From the human T2T-CHM13v2.0 reference genome, Homo sapiens: DNA of 64,000 bases. Below the pieces are notes generated by a model that worked only from the letters and a program-made list of their open reading frames with translations, did no database searches and was not told where the DNA came from. The position numbers and the translations under genes are program-made. The stretch is taken from the NCBI RefSeq assembly GCF_009914755.1, contig NC_060929.1; one strand, 5' to 3'. Shown one piece after another: positions 14,868 through 27,840 of the stretch (its first letter is position 1; every line of letters begins with the position of its first letter).

Positions 14868-15055
14868 ATAGTTGTTTCCCAAATTTGTCTTATCAAAAGA
14901 ATCACTGGGACTACTGTCAAAAATACTGATTCCTAGGCCTCCCCTAGACAGACCTAGTAATCATAATCTCCAGAGAAGGTACCTGGGAATCTAAATTATT
15001 AAACAACTGCCCCCAAATGAGTCTTCTGATCAGGCCCATTTGGGGAATACCACTA
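14868..15055. mobile_element. MER5-like hAT MITE (second copy)
   Basis: gtttcccaaa...agaatcactggg...aaaatactgattcctaggcc...cctgggaatct...tttggggaataccact. Confidence 0.7.
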
Positions 15056-17079
15056 TAGGCTGTGGTCTCTGCAGTTCTCACAGCATTCGTTTCTTGTTCT
15101 TTGAAGCAGTAACTTGGTGTGACCACATTCACACAGGTACCCAAAGCTCCTATTGTCTCAGTAAAACTGCTCCTTCTGTGCAGTACCATTTTAGAAAAAC
15201 TTGGACATCTCAGTCAGACCCCAAATGATACTTCCAATACATAGCCTATAACTGTAGATCCAAATGAGTTTTAATAAAATCAGATTTCAAAATATTCAAT
15301 AATTGATACAGCATGAGTGCCAACCAATGTGGATAAACAGTAGGTTGTAAATAACCTGTACTTACCTTCTATTATTAGCCCCCAGTATATTTTAAATGAC
15401 AGTTTTCAATTGTGTCAGCCTCCTAGAGCTTAGGAATACTGATTTATTTTCAAGATCCCCTTCTACTTTATCTCTCCCATCCCTATTAAAAGAGCTTGAG
15501 ATTGGTAAATATCTTCAAAGTAATGCTTGGTAATTGTGCCTGGGTTTGGCTAATATATTTTCCCCTGTTTAATTTGTTGCATGCTCCATGCCCTGACATC
15601 TTATTCCTTACCAGACCAGAAGTTTTCAAATGTGCAAGCCTATTGTGCCTGGGGAAAAATGTTGAACTTTTGCCTTTGTAATAAGATATGCTCCAATTAC
15701 CAACTTTAGCAATTTAATATAGTTGAATAATAACTGAATGGGACACTTTGTCACTCAGTCATTATTCAAGCTCCTACTAGGGGTGGAATGAACAGTTGCT
15801 GGAGGTCAGTCTATTCCTGAGGGAGCTCAGCCTCGCAAATCAACACTCTTGAGAATTTTTTAAAAAGCGATGTTATAAAAAAATAATTCTAGGAAGTACA
15901 AATCAAACTATAGATTTGTAAAATGCTATAAGAGCTTGGGTTCCATTTTTAAGAATGGCACAGTGTTTAATGTTAAGATAATTTTATATGTGGAATGCAT
16001 GGTGGAGAGATAAAGCAATCACCTGGATAATTCAATCTAAGAAGCGCTTTGTGGGTGGAGATGATACAGATAGATGAGGTCATTTTCGCCTGGGCCACAG
16101 ATATTACACATTTCCCCTCACCCTACATTGCACGTAGCCTCACATCCAGAAGGTATTACAGTACCCATGACAAGCTTTAAGCACCTATATCTTGCTTTGA
16201 TGTGCACAAGACATTTCTGCTGAGAATTGCAAGGTCTCTTGTTTGTTTATAGCAAAGTTTGAAGACGCCAAGGGTGTTTATTTGTTTGGTTTAGGCTCAG
16301 GTTTGCTTGTGTGTTTTTTTCAGACGTACTGTAGGGCAATATTTTTCCATTTTGGGACTAAGACTTATTTGCCTATTAAGAGACTATTACATGCAGACTT
16401 TTAATTTATGTACTTAGTGCATATAATGTTCCTAAAGTCTCAGGGAAGTTAATCAAGAAAAAGTCAAGGGCAGGCTTCAGGAACTAGAATGTAGTCATTC
16501 AGGAAGGCCGTCTCTCCCTCTAGAATGACACTTTGTTGGGACGTGGCTGAGCCACAGGGTCTGGGGCCAGTGATGGCCACCTCAGTATCAGAACAAAAAG
16601 CAGCTCTAAGGAAAGATGTGGCACTCTTCCAGGACATCCAAGCCCTGCCTCCTGCAATCCAACAACCTCGTTTTACTCTCTGTGTGGACATTACTACCAA
16701 AGAGGTCATAGAAGCTTCCTGACCTCATTTCTCTAAAGCAAAGGAAGGATCTCACCTGCTATCTAGACCAGAAACGTCCTTCCTAGGGATGCTTAGAGGA
16801 CTCAGAAGAGTTTCAGAATAAGTTCTGGAAAGAGTTCTGGAAGATGTTGGGGCGTCCTGAGAGATATGTACCCCTTCAACAGGGGGCTGAAGATCTCATG
16901 GTAGTGCCTCCCCATCATTCACCTGCTCTCCTCCCCCTGACCACTATATGCCATCCCTAGGGTTCTATAAGCCACAAACCAGGTGGAGGGACCAACTACA
17001 GGTCAAGAGAAGCTCCAGATCTGGGGCTAATAAATTGATTTAGGGGTTTCACAATTGTTGATATACTCTAGGACAGTGA

Positions 17080-17150
17080 TTCTTCCTCCTCCTCCTCCTT
17101 CTCCTTCTTCTACTTTTTCTTCTTCCTCTTCCTCTTCCTCTTTCCTTCTC
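17080..17150. repeat. (CTC/CTT)n pyrimidine-rich simple repeat
   Basis: cctcctcctcctccttctccttcttc...ctcttcctcttcctc. Confidence 0.85.
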
Positions 17151-19104
17151 ACATGGATACAGATGTAAATTGAAGAACACTTTTCCTAAATCACTAATTT
17201 TCTCATATCCACATTCTGATTAGATATCGCATGGCAGGGACCTTTCTCCAAGCCCTAAGAATGAATAGAAATCTAGATTCCCTCAGAGTCCAGCTCAGGA
17301 GACAGCACTGCTTACCCAGACTCAGTGGCCCTGACCCAAAGAATACTCAGCTTTTGTTCCAATGGAACCAGTATCCCCCTTTCCTTGCCCTGGCCCACTG
17401 CACACCAGGTCTTAGAGAAAACAGGTAGATTGATTTCCCCATAGCGGAGCTGCTGGGAGAAACTCTAAGCCATGCTTCAGTGAATGGAAGCCTCCATCAG
17501 CACCACATCTCCCTTGAGAAGCATCTGGAATGATCTTAGTTATTGTCTTTAGCTATATCCAAGCTGTGGCCTTACCTGACTCCTCAACTTCTATCCTTCT
17601 GAGCCCAGCCTGGTGGCCATACCCACCTCAACAATCAGTGCCAACCCAAGTTCCCCCTTCTGACCCATCCCATCTTTCCTTTCCTAGGGCCGCTCTCAGC
17701 CTTCGCTTCTGATTTCATATACCCAGCCAAGCCTTTGTCTAGCCCACCATAGCTGATTATTCAGGCTGAACATATATCCACTGGCTCAATCCAGGCCTAT
17801 GCCCATCAGGAAGGCCTAACCCCATCCGAGGCCCTTGTGCTGGCGCAGAGCCTCCAGTGTCTGTTGCACAATTTGGGCACCACAGGGAACACATGACTGG
17901 CATCCACAAAGACAAAGATGGAAAATATGAGCCATCCATTTGGCAACAATGTTGGCATCTTCCTAAATTCGTGCTGCCAAGCTCTGACCAGAAAGATCTT
18001 GGCCTGTTTACTGCCTGATGCAGTCAGTCCAGACTCAGGGTGGCTCAGGTCATGGTGATAGAGCCAGCTATAATGAGATTTAGACATGCAAGAAAAAGAC
18101 AGAGAAAGGGATCCAGACTCCATATCAGACACAAGCTAAAGGGAACACTAGAAAACCTTCATGAAATCAAAGAGGGAAGGTTTTTAAAATTTAGTAATTG
18201 GCCAAAAATAAACGTTACGTTCTGCTTTTCTTTTTTATTTGGTTTTCATAGGAGAAACTGTTTTCTGTCCACATAAAGTGTGTACGATCTTTTTTCCAGA
18301 ATAAGGGAAGCAGGAAAATAGGTGAAGAATATCAAGTAACTGGAGGATGGTGTGTGTTATAATGGGGGAACAGCTGTGTCATTTGCTGCCTATAAAGTAT
18401 TATTAATAATTTTGTGGCCAAAATAATTTCATAAGAACTTTAAAGAGAAGACGGAAAGAAAAGAACCAGTGCATACATTGATCTCATCCTATGCTCCCCC
18501 CAAATCTTTCAAGTTAAGTGTTATTTCTCCCACCTTGCCAACTGAGGCAGCCTCAAAAAGGCTAAAGGATTGCTCAAGATTACAAAACTAAAAAGTGATT
18601 GAGTTAGGAAAGGATTCCAGTCCACCAGACACAAAAGCTCACAACTGTCAAGGATTGTCATTAATTTAGACAACTGTCTTCTCCCTAAAGTGTATACTAA
18701 AAGAAGTTTATCAGCATTCCAAGACGATGTCATCAGAGAGACAGCATGGTCAAGTTACCATTGAAGGAGTCCTTCCAGTCCATTTCCCAAAACTAAGAGT
18801 TGAAAGGTGAGTTTTGTAATTGGTTCGCTTTGAATAGATTATTTATTTTAAGCCGCCTGGTCTGATGATGCAATAAGCAGGGGAACAAGCTTGGTTTGAA
18901 GATAGATTTCTGATCTTCTGGGAAGTGTTTCTACTTTAATAAGCTTTGATTCCCCAAGGAAATTCCTAAAGGCATTCAGTCACAACCCACTGGGCTGCCA
19001 GGTCTCTGTAAATACACACATGCGTGTGTGCACACACACATACAGGAATAGATAATTTTGTAGTCACGACAGAGAATGCTGCTGACAGTAAGCAGAGAGG
19101 AAAC

Positions 19105-19877
<773 letters not shown>

Positions 19878-22021
19878 TGTCCTTCATCTGAAACTATTCT
19901 GGACATTTCACCAAAAAAAAAAAAAAAAGTGAGTTTGATTGCTGTGGAGAGTGATTGATGTTGGAAATTGTGAGGTAAGAGATCTGCAAAGGGACAGAAA
20001 AATGAAGATTAAAGGTTGGAACCGAGCAGAACCAATTTCTGAGTATAGAAGGCAGCCAGTCCAGTTGAGAAGTTTTCTAGATGTTGAGTCTGAAGCCTCT
20101 TGAGTGAAGATGGTAGTGAGAATGTCACAATAATGGTTATTTGCTGGAGCAGGGCATGGAAGATGCACATGTTCTGGTAAACTTGCTGGGTATCCCACAT
20201 TGTTGTGGTGGTTATCAATCTTTTGAAGCTATATCAAGTTGTCCAGCTTCAGCACTCAGAGCTTCAAGAAATAGGCAGTGCTAGTTCTCAGTGATAACAA
20301 GTCAGGAGAATGGGGGAAAAATGAAAGTGTTAATTATTGACAAAATGTGCAAGATGGTAGAATCCAGTTTAGAAGAGATGAAAAATAGCTCAAAGACAAT
20401 CAACAGAACGACAATCTGCTAACTCACAAGGGGTGTTATAATTTTCCATTGAAACATAAAATTTCTCTCTTCAATCACCTCCATTTTTATAAAAGATAAA
20501 GTAAGATTACTCTTATTTACAAAATAAGCCTAGCCTCGTTAAATATGTCCTGATCATGTAATAAATGAAGCAAGAATTGTAATTGACCACACAGGCCTTT
20601 TAAAGTTTGCTTTGCTGGAAGTTTTATAAGGAATCTCAGACTGGACTTTTAAAAGCCTTTCTTGGCTAGGAGGCCAAGCCAAGAACTTGTCATCAGAACT
20701 TTATCTGCAGTACCTATAGATTTGGGTGAAATCCTCTCCTGTTGAGGTATCCAAAGCATTCTAAAGCTCCTGGGCCTGCCAGGAAGTGATCTTCATTACT
20801 CATCTGTGAGGCGGGGGACACTGTAAGCCAGGTACAAGGTCAGTTTTGCTAAGAGGGCTTTGTGAACACTGGCTCCACAAAGTCAACCTTAGTTCCTTAA
20901 AACTGCCTAGTCATGTCTGTTTCTATGCACATCATTCTCAAATACGACATTTCAGTTAAAGCCTTGGTGATATAACTAATTTCCTCAATTATGTCCGGTT
21001 ACAAGGAGAATAGATACTTATGGAACCTGTGCAAAAAACTGTATCACCATAAAAATAAGAATATTCAATATGAGTTTCTGAATTCTGTAGGGATTAGGTA
21101 GGGAGAAAAATATAAATGTTTCATTCTTGTTTATAAGATATAATCTACTAAATTGTCAATTATAAATAGGTTAAGAGAAAAGAGAAAGGAATTCTTTATA
21201 TTCAGAAAATGGAATATTAAAGAACCAGCAATGTTCCAAACAAAAATAAAACCCATAAAAATTATAATCAATCTTCATCAGTTCATTCAGTCCCAGATGA
21301 TAACTTATTTTTGTTCTGCTCTATCTTGGGTTAGCAGTTTTATGAACCCATCAGCCTCTCCACTAGAATTCTGGAAATTCTTACTCAGTCCAGTGGTATG
21401 ATCTCAAAGTCATTTATGCAGAGCCATCAGAATCCTTTACCTTGGATAACCAGTCATTTCTATGGGTCTCTAAAATGTTCCCTGTTCTGAAGATGATGCA
21501 TTCTGCCTTACAGCTGATTGGAAGAGCTTTCAGGAAAGCATCAGAATAAAACAATAACTCCCTGTGAACGAAAAAAGACAAAATGGCAATGGCTAAAAAT
21601 TTGATGAGAGTTTGTTATAAAAATAATGCAATTGACAAGGATATGTGGTTGTTCTGATGACATAAAACATTTAAGATAGTAACTGGAATTATGACTACTA
21701 ACATTATATTAGGACATATGGACAATAAGCGTTTTAACTCATATACTTTCTGATGTACTTATATTCATAGCATTTACCCATACAAATATAACATAGGGAA
21801 GGTTAAGTATATCTTCTCATTGGATAATTCTTCCCTTTTCTAATGTCCTGACTTCTTTAAAGTATCAGCAAGCATCATGAGATAAATAGGAGAGGCTTTG
21901 GGATTGATAAGAAATATAGGTGGGCTTTGGGTTATCCTTAGAGCCCTATTACTGTCTTTGTAAAGACTTAATTAGTAAGGTGAGGGCAGTATTTTTAATT
22001 CTTCAAAGAATTAGGGGACAG

Positions 22022-23082
22022 TGTGTTAGTCTATTTTGTGTTGCTATAACAATATCCGAGACTGTAACTGCCCAAAGGGTTCTTCTTACCTCCTGCTCAA
22101 ATAGTGATGATTTATCAAGACAGGATAATTGCAAAGGAAAAAGGGTTTAATGCACACACAGCTAACCAAATGGGAAACATGAGTTTTATTACCCAAATCA
22201 ATCTCCCTGAAAATTCAGAGACTAGGGTTTTTTAAGGATAATTTGATGGGTAAGGGGCTAGGGAGTGGGGAGTGCTGATTGGTTGGGTCAGAGATGAAAT
22301 TATAGGGGGATCCAAGTGGGTTCTTCTTGCTGTCTTCTGTTTCTGGGTGGGATCGCAGAACTGGTTGAGCCAGATTACCAGTCTGGGTGGCACCAGCTGG
22401 TCCATCAGAATGCAGGGTCTGAGAGATATCTGGAACACTAATCTTAGGTTTTACAATAGTTCTCTTATCCATAAGAGCAACTGGGGAGGTTAGGAATCTT
22501 GGCTGCATCATATCCTGAACTATAATTTCGAATCTTGTGGCTAATTTGTTAGTTTTAAGAAGGTGGTCTGGTCCCCAGTCAAGAAGAAGATTTGCTTCAG
22601 GAAAGAGCTGTTATCATCTTTGTTTCAAAGTTAACCTATAAACTAATTCCTCCTATAGTTAACTTGGCCTATGCCCAGGAATGAACAAGGGCAGTTTGGA
22701 GGTTAAAGGCAAGATGGAGTCAGTTAGGTCTGATCTCTTTCACTGTCACAATTTTCTCACCATTATAATTTTGCAAAGGTGGTTTTATAAGTGAGTAATT
22801 AATAATAAACAGAAATGTATCGTCACACAGTTCTGGAGGCTGGGAAGTCCAACATCATGCTGCTGGCATCTGACAAGGACCTTCTTGCTGCATTATCCCG
22901 TGGTGGAAGGTGCAAAAGCAAGAGAGAGGACAAGAGGGGGTCATACTCATGCTTTTATAAGGGGACCAATACCACCCATGATGGCCTAATTATCTCTTAA
23001 AGGTCCTAACTCTTAATACTGTTACAATGGCAATTACATTTCAACATGAGTTTTGGAAGGAACGAACATTCATACCATAGCA
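22022..23082 (-). mobile_element. MST-type (MSTC/D-like) MaLR solo LTR, split by LTR8A
   Basis: tgtgttagtctattttgtgttgctataac at left; resumes near 22790 with cagttctggaggctgggaagtccaa...tttcaacatgagttttgga...accatagca. TSD gacag / gatag. Confidence 0.85.
22063..22787 (-). mobile_element. LTR8A-like ERV1 solo LTR
   Basis: Right end ttttgcaaaggtggtttta is the reverse complement of the LTR8 start (TGAAACCGCCTTTGCAAAA); caagatggagtcagttagg; left end tgtaactgcccaaagggttctt. Confidence 0.9.
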
Positions 23083-23399
23083 GATAGCCTCAATAATAGC
23101 ATTAAGGAATTGGCCTACCTATCCAACTACAATATTTTTAAATTTGTTTCTTTATATTGGAGATAAGATTTCCAACTAAGGTGGAAACCAAGAGATTTTC
23201 AATGATCCAGGACTCTGGATTTAGAGCTATGTGTCTTTGGAATGTTTTTATAAGTCATTCAACAAAGACTTTAGGATGTATTCCTTTCCTCTGAGTACAT
23301 TGCTCCACTTTAGCCCAATTAACCTTCAGAGTGGGAGGGAAGACGGAAGGGAAAACATCTTTAATAGCTCCTCTCAGGCCCTGAATATCAGCCTCCAAC

Positions 23400-23803
23400 T
23401 GGGCCATTTGCAGGAGGAAGATAGTGGTGCAGGGGACGGGGAGAGTTTATGGTGAGTGTGAATTTCAATTTTTGTTCTAGATCTGATTTCTGTTCTTTAG
23501 TTTTGTTAAGGGAGTCTTTTAGGCTAGCTGTGATACTTTTTTTTTTTTTTTTAAATGTCCTTTCATTCTGATCCTCCCATATTGGTAACAGGACATTTGT
23601 TTAGGATGAGAGCTTTCTGAAAATCCTCTCAAATTTAAAAGTTGTTCCAAATCAAAGGATCTGCTGTGTGGCCATTGATGATTTAGTATCTCCAAAGGTA
23701 CACTTTTTCCAAAATGTGACTCATAATGAATAAACATATTTTACGGCTTAATCGTGGACACAGGAAACACCCCCATAGAGGGTGCAGAAGATGCAGCTCC
23801 CAT
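23400..23803 (-). pseudogene. Decayed gag (matrix-like) remnant of the provirus
   Basis: ATG at 23803 reads MGAASSAPSMGVFPVSTIKP*, in frame with ORF 23519-23737 (...QWPHSRSFDLEQLLNL); MGxxxS and WP..SFD are gammaretroviral matrix-like. Confidence 0.55.
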
Positions 23804-24519
23804 GATCCAAAATCAACTCCAAAGACAGCCAAAGAGAAGGAAAGCAAAGATCATCATTGCTATAGGCAGTAAGAATGATACTTGTGAAAACTCCTGTCTC
23901 CAGTTGCCCATAAAAATGATATGACTTTGATCATGTACCTGCGAATCCATGACTCTGGGCAGGTAATACTGAGATGGGACTTCTCTCCACTAGCAAGACA
24001 ATAGGAAAGAGAACTTAGACAAACCCCCTTAGCACTGGCAACAGTCGGCACGGTGCCAGCTGAAAATGGGATGCCCAGGATACCCAAATTTCTCTTCAGT
24101 CAACTACAAATGCTTGAGCCCCAACCTGACAATTGGCTGCTTCTGAGCACAGAACAGACAATCTGCACCCCACAGCATGCAGAAAGCCAGAGAGTGAGCA
24201 CTCTGACTGAATCCAAACCAAACTATCAGGACACAAAATGAGACAGAAAGGATACAGGAGCTATCCCTGGGAAGGAAAAGATCTATTTTAAAAAGTATTC
24301 AAACCAAGTCACAATACAGTAAGTATAAGTTCTGAGTGTTTTCTCCCGGAAATCTAAATCTTGGGAAGAAAAGACAGAAAGATGGTCTTACCATCCTCAC
24401 TTGACGGGATTCTGAGCAGAAATCTGGGAACCTGGCTGCTAAGAAATTTATCTTTGTCAGCATAGTCAGAGATCCTGACATCTTAGCTGCACTTTCTGGA
24501 GGAGCAGAGAGTCCCAGCC

Positions 24520-24537
24520 ATCCCATCCTCATCACCA
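24520..24537 (-). other. Primer-binding site complementary to tRNA-Ser(GCU)
   Basis: Plus strand ATCCCATCCTCATCACCA versus recalled tRNA-Ser(GCU) 3' end ATCCCATCCTCGTCGCCA: 16/18, both mismatches are CpG decay; 4 bp from the LTR edge. Confidence 0.8.
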
Positions 24538-24541
24538 AAAT

Positions 24542-24993
24542 TATTGGGAGAAAACTTTTCCTCATCCAATTTAGTTCCAGTGGTTGAAGGCCCATGAGTT
24601 AACTGACAATAGACAGATTAACAGGAGAAAAGATAGGCGATTTACACATACACAGGAGTTCTCAGAGATAATAACTCACTCAATAGCCTGAGATTAAAGG
24701 GTTCATATACAAAATTTAACAAAGGGTAGAGGGGTTAGGGCTTCAATAAGAAGGTATGGAAGGTTCTGTTGAGGTTTTTGATGCTAATAGCAATGGACAC
24801 TCTGTCTCCCTGGCAGCGAAATTCCAGGAAACCCCCTCAGATGGGGGTTAATGGCAGCAGTATTTTCGGGAGGCCCTGCTTTAGTCAGGTAAGTGCAGTC
24901 GAGATAACACTTTTTTCTGTATCTTCTTTAGCTCAAATGTTCTCACTTCAAAAATCTTTATGCCAGCTCCAGGGATTTGAATGAATCCCCACA
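24542..24993 (-). mobile_element. 5' LTR of the provirus
   Basis: tattggg...gacagattaacaggagaaaaga...gtatggaaggttct...tcttctttagctc...tccccaca; colinear with 19105-19877. Confidence 0.8.
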
Positions 24994-25735
24994 AGACTCA
25001 AGACATATATCATCTCAAGAACTTTCAAAAAGGAAAACTTCCTGGTTCCTTTCTAGGGCAAATTTTGAGATGGACAATATTTCTATGACATGCTTGAGAG
25101 CTTCAGGAAGGCTCAGTGAAGTTCCTGGTGACAGAGACATCACTGCCTAATACAAATGCACTGTGGGGTTACGGATAAGGTCTCTGCCCAGGATGACATC
25201 ATCCTGGGCCTCATTCCAGTACTGTAAGCTGTGACTTCTGTGCCCAGAGTGAGGACTGCTGTTTAACTTCGTTAGGTTCTCAAGATACAAAGCCTGCTAC
25301 TTACCTTCAGAAAATCATTGCACAATATTTCAAGAGTGAAGTCATATCAGGTTTCTTTTTTCTGTTTACTTTTGCCTTTCACTCATCACAAACAGGATAA
25401 AAGGTAGACCGTTTATATTTTTGGGTCACAAATTGATCTTATAACTCCAAACACTGACTTCCAGGGAAATTTTGTTACCAGTGGAAATATCTAGACGAAA
25501 AGGTGAAATTCAAAGTGCTAATTTCAAGAGGCAGTATCTTTTATAAGTAATATGAATTCGTGCTATTTGTCTATAAGGAAAACATGCTTCCTGTTCAGTA
25601 AAGTCATTTTCACAACCTCAGGAATGCTGCCATTATTAAGATAGTTAACAGCATCTTCTAAAAAAATTGTGGACTCAGGTTCATCATTTCAAACAGCTGA
25701 TACACAATACACAATGTAGAAATTAAAGATAACTT

Positions 25736-25891
25736 GGCCAGGTGCGGTGGCTCACATCTGCAATCCCAGCTACTCGGGAGGCTGAGGTAGGAGAATCGCC
25801 TGACACCCGGGAGGCCAAGGCTGCAGTGAGCCGTGATTGCGCCACTGCATTCCAGCCTGGGCAACAGAGCAAGACCCTGTCTTAAAAAAAA
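25736..25891 (+). mobile_element. FRAM / free right Alu monomer
   Basis: Single monomer of about 150 bp: ggccaggtgcggtggctcac...cccagctactcgggaggctgagg...gcaagaccctgtcttaaaa. Approximate TSD aaagataac / aaaaataac. Confidence 0.85.
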
Positions 25892-26121
25892 TAACCGAGC
25901 CACCAAGTGATCCTATCTTAGGAGATGGAAACCCCCATCATAAGAAGAGTAGGTAAATGTCTGCAGTCTAGCCTCTGGGAATGAAATTTCTTAAGGACGG
26001 GCTTCATGGATTTGGGGCTCATGAACCTGCAAGAACACTGGCAATCAAGAGAGTAAAAACATAACCAGAAGGGTTCAGAGTTTGGGAAGCTTCTTCGTAG
26101 CACTAACTGAGATATTGCTAA

Positions 26122-26340
26122 TTAGTGGCTCTCCAAAATATTATTAAAATAATCTGTTGATTCTGGACAGTCTTTATTAGGGGAGGAGGCTGTCCTGTGC
26201 ATTATAGGATGTTTAGCAGCATTCCTGACTTCTACCCTCTAGATGCCAGGAGCAGCCCCAGTCATGACAACCAGAAATGTTGCCAGACATGGCCAAATAT
26301 CCCCTGGGAGGCAAAATCATCCCCAGTTGAGAACTGATGG
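26122..26340. mobile_element. MER20 hAT-Charlie element
   Basis: ggctgtcctgtgcattataggatgtttagcagcattcctg...ctagatgccag...ccagacat...ccccagttgagaac. Confidence 0.9.
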
Positions 26341-26929
26341 CTTAAAGTTAATGGAGAACACTATTTACAAAAAATCTCACTAGAGTCTCGGGGTGCAGGT
26401 AGGGGATGGAGCAAAGTTGGGAGTATTTTTGAGATTGTGAAGTCTGGATTTTTTCCAATGTGTATCTTTTAGTGTGAGAGCCAGGGAGCCCTGGCTGGGG
26501 TCTAGTGAGGACCATAATCTAATCACTTAGAATGGGCAAACACAAGATGAAGATTTTGAGGGCAAAGACTCGGAAATGCTCAAATTTTAAAATTTTCCTT
26601 GAATGCTTTCTATTGACGAGTTGATGTGTCTTTGGGGAAATTCCTGGAATGAACAATACAGTTATTTGTAACTGTTATCTTCTTGAGGAAGAGTTTTCTG
26701 GAACAGTAAAGTTATGCTGATGAAGATCCTGGAATAGTAAAATCATGTTAACGTAGACTGTGTGGATATAAATACGTTTTAGATCTCAGTGAATTCCTTA
26801 AGTTCCTTGATTTTTTGCCCCTGCCCTTTTGCCCGTTATTACCACATTCAGAAAAGCCAATAAAATACAAAAAAAAAAAAAAAGAGACTAAAGAGGCAGC
26901 AGGAAGAAGGAGGGGCTCGGATGTTGCTG

Positions 26930-27120
26930 CTGGGCTCCATCCTGGCTTCACCACACTGACACCTGCATGACCTGGGTGAGCAACATACTTTCTCCAAACC
27001 TCAGCCTCTCCATCAATATATGGAAGTTGATAATAGTGACTCCTTCATCAAGTTGTGGTAGAGTTTGAATGAAATAATACATGACCAGTGCCCTAGACAT
27101 ACTATGCACTCAGTGGGTAT
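26930..27120 (+). mobile_element. MIR, degenerate
   Basis: atcctggcttcaccac...tgacctgggt...cctcagcctctccatc...gaatgaaataatacatg. Confidence 0.6.
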
Positions 27121-27629
27121 AAATCAACTGTGTAAAACTAGGAAAACATGCCATCACTATGGTGCTTCTATGCTTAGACCAACATGCCTTTGGGGACTGC
27201 CTCATTCTTTCTGAAAACTAAGCAAATACTGGGTTTAAAAGGAAGCAGAAGTGTTGTCTCTGCACCCTAGAAATATTGTGTAGGGAGAGGTGGCTAACTC
27301 TCCTAAATCCTTCCACCCATGTTTTTAACTGAGCATGCTCTTGGATCACCACTAAAATGCATGGGGGAATTTAGGCTGTAATTTAGTAATGCCACTGTTT
27401 ATAAAAGTAGAGGAACAATGAGAACACCATGGCATTAGTTTGGAGTAGGTTAAAAATTACTTTTCTGAAGCTTATCTACTAGAATGTTTATCTAAGCTAT
27501 TTTTCATGGGACGTTTTAAAGACAATACCTTCCTTCAATAGCCATGACCTTGAATTCATTACATGGTGGAATTCTACTGCTTACTCTCTCCTAATTCTGA
27601 AAGCCAGCCATATTCTTCAAGTGGGAGAC

Positions 27630-27840
27630 TCATTTGTACAGTGCCAGGTGCTGATCTAGGCACTTCATATGAACTTTCTCCTTTAATCCTCAGTCTGTAA
27701 GGTAAATACCGTGATGAGAAATCTGATACTCAGAGTCAAGCAATACAGTGAGGAGACCCAGCTGACACACAAGTGGAGGCAGAATTTAAGCCTTGTCTAG
27801 TGGGCTCCAAAGTCGATGGTTCTACTGCAGCATGTTACCA
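27630..27840 (-). mobile_element. MIR, degenerate
   Basis: gtgccaggtgctg...tttaatcctca...gatgagaaatctga...ggcagaatttaagcc. Confidence 0.6.

Noticed and set aside
19908-20218. Possible env remnant next to the 3' LTR
   Set aside because: No CX6CC, immunosuppressive-domain or furin motif is visible in the translated frames.
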